Positions 16,001 to 23,798 of a stretch of 32,614 nt of DNA are shown here, piece after piece (the stretch's first letter is position 1; every line of letters starts with the position of its first letter). Source of the DNA: a virus (lineage: Duplodnaviria; Caudoviricetes); IMG/VR virus record IMGVR_UViG_3300005805_000275, positions 1 through 32,614 of that record; one strand, given 5' to 3'. The position numbers were made by a program, and so were the translations under genes. A model generated the notes under the pieces. That model was given only the letters and a program-made list of their open reading frames with translations, had not been told where the DNA came from and made no database searches.

Positions 16001-17605
16001 ATGAAGGTCTTAATCACAACAAGCGGAATCGGTTCGAGACTCGGAAATCTTACGAAATATACCAACAAGGCTCTGGTTCGTGTTGGAAAGATGCCCGCAA
16101 TTTCATATATCATACAAAGTTATCCGAGTGATACTAAGTTTATAGTTACGCTTGGACATCACGGAGAACAAGTTACACAGTACCTAAAGATGGTACACCC
16201 AGATGTTGATATTTCATATGTGAATGTTGACCCATATGAAGGCGAAGGAAGTAGTTTATTGTATTCTATGTTCTGTGCGAAGGACCATCTCAAAGAACCA
16301 TTCGTTTTTCACGCCTGCGATAGTATTGTGGGTAAGGAAATTGTTGCGAATTTGATTGATTCTAATTGGTTGGGGGGATTTCCCTCGGGAGGGAGTTCAC
16401 ACTATAGGACATTTAACACCAACAGGGGAATCGTTTCGAGGATCAACGAGAAAGGCGAAAAGTCATCCGACAATGACTATGTTGGTATCTGTGGAATCAA
16501 AGACTACGAAATATTTTGGAGTATATCCGAAAAAATGTTGGCTCAGAAGGCGTGTCCGTCTGACTATGACGCAATACACGAAATGATACGACAGGGATGT
16601 CGCTTTGATTACAAGATTTTTCCAGAATGGAAGGATATTGGAAATATGGACTCCCTCAAAAAAGCCAGAGAGGAGGTCTCTGACTCGTTTAAAATACTCG
16701 ACAAAGAAGAAGAAAGCATATTTCTCGTCAAGGACAAGGTTGTAAAGTTTTTTCACGATGATGAGATATGCAAAAATCGTGTTTTGAGGGCAGGCAAAAT
16801 GGGTACAATAGTACCCAAAGTGATTTCAAGTTCAAAAAATTTCTACGCCTACGAATACACTGATGGGGAGTTGCTTTCTAAATTTGTAACCACAGAAAAA
16901 ATCAAAAATCTTCTCTCTTGGGCAAAGAGGAATCTCTGGATCAGGGTAGATGATGACGGTTCTTATGTAAGTAAGTGTAAAAAGTTCTATAAAGATAAGA
17001 CAATATCAAGAGTTCAAACATTCGTAGACTCCAGATACATCGAGGACAAAGAACAGACAATAAACGGAGATGTTGTTCCGTCCGCCAAAAATTTGATAGA
17101 AAAGGTGGATTTCTCAGTACTTAACTATCCATTTCCAACGATGTTTCATGGAGACTTCATCCTTGAAAATATACTAAAAACAAAAGACTCTTTCACGCTT
17201 CTTGATTGGAGGCAGGATTTCGGTGGCTCGATCACATTTGGCGACATGAATTACGATATCGCCAAACTAAACCACAATCTTACATTTGACCACCATGCCG
17301 TCTACTCAAACTTGTTTGAGATCAATGAAAATTCAGATGAAATTAGGTGTGACATCATGGTATCTTCAATACATAACAACTGTAGAACTGTACTTCAGGA
17401 ATTCTGCGTTAGTGAGGGAGTTGAGTACGAAATAATCAATATGCTGACGGCAATTATTTGGTTGAATATGTCTCCGCTACACGAACACCCTCTGGATAAG
17501 TTCTTGTATTACTTCGGAAGATACAATCTCAACAAAGCAATCAACGCATACGAAAAAAATAAAATTAAAAGTATGTCGAGACGAGAGATTAAGACTTGGT
17601 ATTGA
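16001..17605 (+). CDS. Sugar-phosphate nucleotidyltransferase fused to APH/choline-kinase-like phosphotransferase
   Basis: N-terminal TSGIGSRL...NKALV, HACD, WKDIG. C-terminal HGDFILENI, LLDWR, GDMNYDIAKL. ATG 16001. Confidence 0.85.
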   Translation: MKVLITTSGIGSRLGNLTKYTNKALVRVGKMPAISYIIQSYPSDTKFIVTLGHHGEQVTQYLKMVHPDVDISYVNVDPYEGEGSSLLYSMFCAKDHLKEPFVFHACDSIVGKEIVANLIDSNWLGGFPSGGSSHYRTFNTNRGIVSRINEKGEKSSDNDYVGICGIKDYEIFWSISEKMLAQKACPSDYDAIHEMIRQGCRFDYKIFPEWKDIGNMDSLKKAREEVSDSFKILDKEEESIFLVKDKVVKFFHDDEICKNRVLRAGKMGTIVPKVISSSKNFYAYEYTDGELLSKFVTTEKIKNLLSWAKRNLWIRVDDDGSYVSKCKKFYKDKTISRVQTFVDSRYIEDKEQTINGDVVPSAKNLIEKVDFSVLNYPFPTMFHGDFILENILKTKDSFTLLDWRQDFGGSITFGDMNYDIAKLNHNLTFDHHAVYSNLFEINENSDEIRCDIMVSSIHNNCRTVLQEFCVSEGVEYEIINMLTAIIWLNMSPLHEHPLDKFLYYFGRYNLNKAINAYEKNKIKSMSRREIKTWY

Positions 17606-17696
17606 TTTAGGCGAATTAGGAAAATTTTATCATGAACTATGACGAAAAGCAAAACATTCAAATATTCAGAAAGAAAAGAGTGGTTGGGGTTCCGAA

Positions 17697-18683
17697 ATGA
17701 AAAATCAATATCCAAAATTATTTGTCGGACCCATGAGCAGGTGCATAGTTGACTCTTGTATTGAATTTTCTGACGAAAACGAAATACCTTTGGGCCTAAT
17801 ACCATCAAGAAGACAAATTGATAAATCCTCTGGATATGTAAATAATTGGAACACAGAAACATTCTCTAAGTATGTGAGAGACAAATCTGCTTCGCAAAGA
17901 ATTTTCGTCCAAAGAGACCATGGTGGACCGATGCAAGGCGATTATTCGGACGATGGTGTCGAGTCGTTGGTAAATGATGGAAATCACTTTGATCTATTGC
18001 ACATAGACCCGTTCAAATACCACAAATCAATCAGAGATTCCGCAGATTACACATCCAAAGTCATCAATGAAATTTCACAATCGAGTCATTGTGAGTTTGA
18101 AATTGGAACCGAAGAAGCCATTTTCCCCATGAGTCCCGATGATGCCAGAAGTTTCTTTCTTGAAGTGAGAAATCAAACTGGAGAGAACTTTGACCGTGTT
18201 AGATACTTGGTCGTACAGTTTGGAACTAAAATACTGGGCGCAACAAATACGGGTTCTTTTGATTTGGAAAGAGCAAAAAGAATGTTGGATGTTTGCAAGT
18301 CATTCAACAAACTCTCAAAAGAACACAATGGAGACTACCTCTCGGCAGAAGATGTTCGATTGCGAAGGTCTATTGGATTGGATGCCTTGAATGTAGCACC
18401 GGAGATGGGTGGGATTGAGTCAATGTGTGTGTTGAGAAAAATTCAAAGTAATCCCGATTTGGTTGATAAGTTTTTTCAATGTTGCATTTCAACTAATCGT
18501 TGGCAGAAGTGGTTTCCTCCAAATTTTGATCCCAAAGACGACATGGTTGGAGTAATTCGTGCTTGTGGTCACTACTGCTTTTCCTCCCCATGCTTTGCTG
18601 AAATCACCAAAATGTTTGATTATCAATCTACTATCATAAATGCGAAAGAGGAAATTAAGAAAAGAATCAAGGAGTTATTATGA
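17697..18683 (+). CDS. GatZ/KbaZ-like TIM-barrel protein (ketose-phosphate epimerase/aldolase family)
   Basis: VGPMS, SRRQID..GYV, RDHGGP, LLHIDP, EIGTEE, KEHNGDY, NVAPEMG. Confidence 0.7.
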   Translation: MKNQYPKLFVGPMSRCIVDSCIEFSDENEIPLGLIPSRRQIDKSSGYVNNWNTETFSKYVRDKSASQRIFVQRDHGGPMQGDYSDDGVESLVNDGNHFDLLHIDPFKYHKSIRDSADYTSKVINEISQSSHCEFEIGTEEAIFPMSPDDARSFFLEVRNQTGENFDRVRYLVVQFGTKILGATNTGSFDLERAKRMLDVCKSFNKLSKEHNGDYLSAEDVRLRRSIGLDALNVAPEMGGIESMCVLRKIQSNPDLVDKFFQCCISTNRWQKWFPPNFDPKDDMVGVIRACGHYCFSSPCFAEITKMFDYQSTIINAKEEIKKRIKELL

Positions 18684-19021
18684 AAACAATATTCATTGAT
18701 ATTGATGGGACGATTGTTAGGCATAATGGGGACTTGACAGAGCAAATGAGAGGCACACATATATTGCCCGGCGTAATCAATAAATTCAATGAGTGGAATA
18801 GAAAAGGATACTGCATCGTTCTGACCACGGGGAGAAAAGAATGTATGCGTTCAATGACTGAGGATATGCTTCTGTCATACGGAATATTCTATGACAAGTT
18901 GATTATGGGTCTCCCCAGAGGTCAAAGGGTATTAATAAACGATAGCAAACCTGATGATGAAACCACTGCATTATCATATACAGTCAAGAGAAATGTTGGT
19001 ATAGAAAGCCTTGAGATTTGA
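18680..19021 (+). CDS. Minimal HAD phosphatase (capsule-biosynthesis type)
   Basis: IFIDIDGT, LTTGR, YDKLIMG, LIND. Confidence 0.85.
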   Translation: MKTIFIDIDGTIVRHNGDLTEQMRGTHILPGVINKFNEWNRKGYCIVLTTGRKECMRSMTEDMLLSYGIFYDKLIMGLPRGQRVLINDSKPDDETTALSYTVKRNVGIESLEI

Positions 19022-19022
19022 C

Positions 19023-19050
19023 TTGACAAAATCCATGTGTGTGTTACTAT
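19023..19050 (+). promoter_or_regulatory. sigma70-like promoter, extended -10
   Basis: TTGACA 19023-19028, 16-nt spacer, TGn-TACTAT 19042-19050. Confidence 0.65.
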
Positions 19051-19080
19051 TTTTAATCAACTTTACGGAAAGGACTTGCT

Positions 19081-20094
19081 ATGAAGAATGTGCTTATTAC
19101 TGGCGGTGTTGGTTTTGTCGGTCACCACATGGTTGATTACTTGCTCCGAAACACGGATGCCAAGATTTCAATCATCGACAGACTTGATGTCTCGGGAAAT
19201 GTGAATCGTCTCACCTCTCTCGACTCATGGAGCAAGAATTCAAGTCGAGTCAAGTTCATCTGGCACGACTTCCGTGCTGAAATGTATAACAACGAAATCC
19301 TTTGTTCACTCATTGGTAAACCTGATACCGTTCTCCATATCGGCGCAAGTTCCCATGTTGACCGCAGTATCGAAGATCCCCTTTCTTTCGTGATGGACAA
19401 TGTGGTTGGAACTTGTAATGTCTTGAACTACGCTCGACATCTTGACTCACTTGAGAACTTCGTATACTTCTCCACGGATGAAGTATTTGGCCCTGCTCCT
19501 GAGGGTGTGGATTACAAAGAGTGGGATAGGTATCACTCGGGCAATCCGTATTCCGCAAGTAAGGCGGGTGGTGAGGAACTTTGCTTGGCGTTTGAGAACA
19601 CATACAAGATGCCAATCAAAATCTCGCATTGCATGAATATCTTCGGAGAGCGTCAGCACCCAGAGAAGTTTATCCCATCCTGTATCCGAAAGATTTATCG
19701 TGGTGATAAGGTTATCATTCACGCCAACAAGACGCTTACAAAAGCGGGTAGTAGATTCTACATCCACGCTCAGAATGTATGCTCCGCAGTTGACTTCCTC
19801 ATCAAGAATGGGCGGAATGGTGACAAGTTCAACATCGTGGGAGAAAGAGAAATTGATAACCTTTCGCTCGCACATATGATAGCCAATATCATGGGCAAGA
19901 AACTCAATTATGAACTCGTTGACTTCCATAGCAGTAGACCCGGCCATGACTTGCGATATGCCCTCGATGGCTCGAAGATGAAGGCTTTGGGGTGGAATCT
20001 CCCGATGAACCTCGAATCCTCGATGGAGAGTGTAATTGAATGGTCTTTGTCGAATCCTGAATGGATTGGTATGACCAAACAAGAAGTCGGATGA
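19081..20094 (+). CDS. rmlB: NDP-hexose 4,6-dehydratase (RmlB-like)
   Basis: GGVGFVG, ASSHVDRSI, STDEVFG, YSASK, QHPEKFIP, RPGHDLRY. Confidence 0.92.
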   Translation: MKNVLITGGVGFVGHHMVDYLLRNTDAKISIIDRLDVSGNVNRLTSLDSWSKNSSRVKFIWHDFRAEMYNNEILCSLIGKPDTVLHIGASSHVDRSIEDPLSFVMDNVVGTCNVLNYARHLDSLENFVYFSTDEVFGPAPEGVDYKEWDRYHSGNPYSASKAGGEELCLAFENTYKMPIKISHCMNIFGERQHPEKFIPSCIRKIYRGDKVIIHANKTLTKAGSRFYIHAQNVCSAVDFLIKNGRNGDKFNIVGEREIDNLSLAHMIANIMGKKLNYELVDFHSSRPGHDLRYALDGSKMKALGWNLPMNLESSMESVIEWSLSNPEWIGMTKQEVG

Positions 20095-20168
20095 TCCGAA
20101 ACCTTCTGTGTCGCAAGCACCGTTTAAATCAATCTCCCCCGATTCAGTACCATTAGTAAGGATTTAAA

Positions 20169-20732
20169 ATGGAACACTTTTATCAACAGCCCAATTTCGG
20201 AGAAAACTGGTTCACCTTTCCCAATCTTTATTCCTACTTTGTTCGTTCTCTTCAGGACGGCGCAAAAATAGTAGAAGTCGGAACATGGAAGGGGAGAAGC
20301 GTTGCTTATCTTGGGGTTGAAATCATAAACTCGGGTAAAAATATCAAGGTTGATGCGGTTGATACTTGGTCGTCGCTTCCGTCAGAATCATATCACAAGA
20401 CGGACATCTATGTCAAAACCGACACTCTTTATCAACTCTTTCTCGCTAATATTAGTCCAGTTTCAAGAGTGGTGAATCCCATTCGAATGACTTCGATTGA
20501 TGCCGCCAAGATGTACGAAGACAACTCAATTGATGTTGTTTTTCTCGATGCTTGTCATCTTTACGAGTGTGTCCGTGAGGATATTATCGCTTGGCTTCCA
20601 AAGGTTAAGGTTGGTGGATACCTTGCAGGCCATGATTATTCGTGGAGTGATGATGTCAAGCGAGCGGTCGATGAGTTGGTGTCTCCGATTGATGAGACGG
20701 AAGGGTGCTTTGTTTATCGTAAATTAAAGTGA
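20169..20732 (+). CDS. Class I SAM methyltransferase (Methyltransf_24-like, possible sugar O-methylase)
   Basis: VEVGTWKGRS, AVDTW, VFLDACHLYE.V.EDI, GGYLAGHDY. Confidence 0.88.
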   Translation: MEHFYQQPNFGENWFTFPNLYSYFVRSLQDGAKIVEVGTWKGRSVAYLGVEIINSGKNIKVDAVDTWSSLPSESYHKTDIYVKTDTLYQLFLANISPVSRVVNPIRMTSIDAAKMYEDNSIDVVFLDACHLYECVREDIIAWLPKVKVGGYLAGHDYSWSDDVKRAVDELVSPIDETEGCFVYRKLK

Positions 20733-20744
20733 TCGAAAATCCTC

Positions 20745-20772
20745 TTGACTTTATTTCGGTCTCTGTTATCAT
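20745..20772 (+). promoter_or_regulatory. sigma70-like promoter, extended -10, for gp41
   Basis: TTGACT 20745-20750, 16-nt spacer, TGn-TATCAT 20764-20772. Confidence 0.6.
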
Positions 20773-20781
20773 ATGCCCAAT

Positions 20782-22236
20782 ATGACCGACAAAATCGAAT
20801 CTATCATTCTCCGAAACCTTCTGTTTAATCCAGACTACACCCGAAAAGTCCTCCCGTTCCTGCGGGAGGACTATTTCCATGACTCCTGTGAGAAGCGGGT
20901 TTTTGTTCAGGTTGAGCAGTTCATTCAGAAGTATTCGTCTGCCCCCACAGTCGAAGCACTCGGAATCATTCTGTCGGAGCAGAACGGACTTTCTCAGGGA
21001 GAGTTTGATTCCTGTATTGAGATAGTCAACGAACTATCCAAAGATAAGGATAAGAGCAACGATCAGTCTTGGTTGGTTGATGAGACTGAGAAGTTTTGTA
21101 GGGACAAAGCGGTCTACAACGCTCTCATGGAGTCCATCCAACTCTTGGACGACAAGAAGGGCAATCGAACCCGCAACTCTATCCCAGAGATTCTTTCATC
21201 CGCACTCAGCGTATCCTTTGACACCAGTATCGGTCACGACTTCGTTTCGGACTCCGACAAACGATACGAGTTCTACCATCGCACCGAAGAGAAGATTCCG
21301 TTCGATATCGAGTACCTCAACAAGATTACCAATGGTGGTGTCCCAAGCAAAACCCTGAATGTAGTCCTCGCAGGCACGGGCGTGGGCAAGAGTCTCTTCA
21401 TGTGTCACCATGCGGCCAACTGCCTTTCTCAGAACAAGAATGTTCTCTACATCACCTGTGAAATGGCCGAAGAGCGAATCGCCGAACGAATCGACGCTAA
21501 CCTCATGGATATCACCCTTGACGACCTCAAGAAACTTCCCAAGGACATCTATGACCGCAAACTCCAGACCATCACAAGGGGGCTGACGGGTAAACTTATC
21601 ATCAAGGAATACCCCACGGCTACGGCAAATGCCGACCATTTCCGCCACCTTATACGAGAACTCAACCTCAAGAAAGACTTCAAACCCGACATCGTTTTCA
21701 TCGACTACCTCAACATCTGCACTTCGAGTCGGTTCAAGTCGGGCAACAGCAACATCAACTCCTACACATATGTCAAGGCTATTGCCGAGGAACTTCGTGG
21801 ACTTGCCGCTCAGTTAGACTTTCCTGTCTTCACCGCCACCCAAACTACACGGTCAGGATACAACAGTTCGGATGTCGAACTCACGGATACCTCAGAGTCG
21901 TTCGGTCTTCCCGCTACGGCAGACCTCATGTTCGCCATCATCTCGACCGAAGAACTGGCGGAACTCGACCAAGTTATGGTCAAGCAACTCAAGAATCGTT
22001 ACGGCGACCCTACCGCATATAAGAAGTTTGTCGTGGGTATTGACCGAGCCAAGATGAAACTCTTCGACGCAAGCGAGACCGAACAGAGTATGTTCAGTAA
22101 GATATCGAAAGCACCCAAGCCAAACAAGCAGGATGACGACTTCGGTGATGATGATGACGATGTTGGTCACATCAATGACAAGTTTACAATCAAGAAGGGT
22201 CAGACCTTCCGAACTTGGTCTGATTGGAAGCAATGA
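20782..22236 (+). CDS. gp41: Replicative helicase gp41 (DnaB-like)
   Basis: Walker A AGTGVGKS, EMAEERIAERIDAN, IDYLNI, ATQTTR, SESFGLPATAD, KNRYGD. Start is ATG 20782 or 20773. Confidence 0.96.
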   Translation: MTDKIESIILRNLLFNPDYTRKVLPFLREDYFHDSCEKRVFVQVEQFIQKYSSAPTVEALGIILSEQNGLSQGEFDSCIEIVNELSKDKDKSNDQSWLVDETEKFCRDKAVYNALMESIQLLDDKKGNRTRNSIPEILSSALSVSFDTSIGHDFVSDSDKRYEFYHRTEEKIPFDIEYLNKITNGGVPSKTLNVVLAGTGVGKSLFMCHHAANCLSQNKNVLYITCEMAEERIAERIDANLMDITLDDLKKLPKDIYDRKLQTITRGLTGKLIIKEYPTATANADHFRHLIRELNLKKDFKPDIVFIDYLNICTSSRFKSGNSNINSYTYVKAIAEELRGLAAQLDFPVFTATQTTRSGYNSSDVELTDTSESFGLPATADLMFAIISTEELAELDQVMVKQLKNRYGDPTAYKKFVVGIDRAKMKLFDASETEQSMFSKISKAPKPNKQDDDFGDDDDDVGHINDKFTIKKGQTFRTWSDWKQ

Positions 22237-22238
22237 CC

Positions 22239-22245
22239 CTAAATA
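22239..22245 (+). promoter_or_regulatory. Late promoter CTAAATA, 6 nt before an SD-less ATG
   Basis: CTAAATA-GACTGG-ATG(22252). Confidence 0.6.
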
Positions 22246-22251
22246 GACTGG

Positions 22252-22566
22252 ATGTTCGGTATGATTTCGTCATGGTTCAAGGGACAGAAAGTGCCACAGA
22301 AGAGCGAATCGCCCATCATCTGTCCCGCCTGTCCCAACTGCGGCCACGCCACCTCTCGTTCGTGGCAGGACTATACCTTCACGGTGGGTGGAACCGAAGA
22401 GTATAAGACCAAGCCCATCGTTTCAGCCACGGTCACGGTCAACATCCCCGTCTTCCGCTGTCTGAACAAGAACTGTAATACCTGTCAATATGGTCAGGAG
22501 GCTGAAGATGTGCTTCGTCCGATACAAACCGTATTGACAACAAACGCCATACCAGAGACTCGTTGA
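22252..22566 (+). CDS. Zinc-ribbon protein, YgiT/MqsA N-terminal-like
   Basis: CPNCG...YTFTVGG...TVNIPVFRCLNKNC...YGQEAEDVL. Confidence 0.55.
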   Translation: MFGMISSWFKGQKVPQKSESPIICPACPNCGHATSRSWQDYTFTVGGTEEYKTKPIVSATVTVNIPVFRCLNKNCNTCQYGQEAEDVLRPIQTVLTTNAIPETR

Positions 22567-22571
22567 GGAGT

Positions 22572-22595
22572 CTAAATAATGGTCTCGGAGACCAT
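22572..22595 (+). promoter_or_regulatory. Late promoter plus SD-sequestering hairpin
   Basis: CTAAATA 22572-22578. Inverted repeat ATGGTCTC-G-GAGACCAT 22579-22595 contains SD GGAG 22587-22590; ATG at 22596. Confidence 0.75.
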
Positions 22596-23798
22596 ATGCT
22601 ATCGTTTTCGGCTCACCACGAACAAGTCCTGAACGAAGACCAGACACTCAACAAGCACCTCGACCACATCGAGGACTTGATGATTCTTCAGGGTAAGGAC
22701 GGCTTGGCTCTCTCCATAGCCTTCCTCAAGGACATCGTAGAAAGCCTCCAGACGGGTCAGACGGGTATGGGGGTATCTACCAAGTGGGACGGCAAGCCCG
22801 CTGTCGTATGCGGCGTAAACCCCGAGAACGGCAAGTTCTTCGTGTCCACCAAGTCGGCCTTCAGCAAGACCGTCAAGGCATACCATACAGAGGCCGAAAT
22901 CAAGGCAGGCATCGCCATCCCCGACCTCGCCAACAAACTTATAGATTGCCTTCGCTACCTTCCCAAACTGGGAATCAAGGGCGTGCTTCAGGGCGACCTG
23001 ATGTTCACCTCCGACACTAAAAAAACCCTAACGGTCAACAAGGTTCCGAGCATCGGGTTTCAGCCCAACACCATCTTTTACACAACCCCTGTCAACAGCG
23101 AGGTTGGCAAGGCCATCGCCCGAGCCAAGATAGGCATCGTCTTCCATACGGCTTACACAGGCCAGACGATGAATAGCCTGTCCGCAAGCACATTCAACTT
23201 CGACTCCAGTAAACTCAAGAAGAACCTCGATGTGTGGTTCACCGACCCCAATGTATACGACATCACCCCCGCCCTCCTCAAACCAAACGAGTCCGCCCCG
23301 ATGCTCAAAGGCATCAGTGAGGCAGAATCACTCGCCAAGAAAGTATCGGGTTTTTTACCTACTCTACTCTCTCGCAAAGATGTGGTGGAACATCTCATGC
23401 CCTACATCAACGGCACAATCAACGGCGGACTCAGCCAGTTCTCGGCCTCGGGGTTCGCCAAGGTCTTACAAACAAAGTTCGAAAAGGACATAAATAAACT
23501 TAAGACCGAGAAGGGTAAGCAAGCGAAGACCGAGACCATGACCAAAGCCCTCAATTTCATCACTGCTTATGACAAGCAACTGACCGATCTGTTCACGCTT
23601 CACAACATGATTGCGAATGTCAAGGAGATGATTCTGACCAAACTTCATGGCATCTCCCAGTTCGGCCACTTCTTTGTTGATGAGGACGGCATCCGTCCCA
23701 CCGACCCAGAAGGTTTCGTCATCGCACGCTCAGGCAGGGTGGTCAAGTTGGTCAATCGTCTCCGTTTCAGTAGGCAAAACAGGAAGGTCAATCAATGA
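22596..23798 (+). CDS. DUF6267-like protein with ATP-dependent ligase-type motifs
   Basis: HLDHIED, KWDG (22782-22793), QGDLMF, FQPNTI, EGFV (from 23709), VKLVNR..FS..N. Confidence 0.7.
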   Translation: MLSFSAHHEQVLNEDQTLNKHLDHIEDLMILQGKDGLALSIAFLKDIVESLQTGQTGMGVSTKWDGKPAVVCGVNPENGKFFVSTKSAFSKTVKAYHTEAEIKAGIAIPDLANKLIDCLRYLPKLGIKGVLQGDLMFTSDTKKTLTVNKVPSIGFQPNTIFYTTPVNSEVGKAIARAKIGIVFHTAYTGQTMNSLSASTFNFDSSKLKKNLDVWFTDPNVYDITPALLKPNESAPMLKGISEAESLAKKVSGFLPTLLSRKDVVEHLMPYINGTINGGLSQFSASGFAKVLQTKFEKDINKLKTEKGKQAKTETMTKALNFITAYDKQLTDLFTLHNMIANVKEMILTKLHGISQFGHFFVDEDGIRPTDPEGFVIARSGRVVKLVNRLRFSRQNRKVNQ

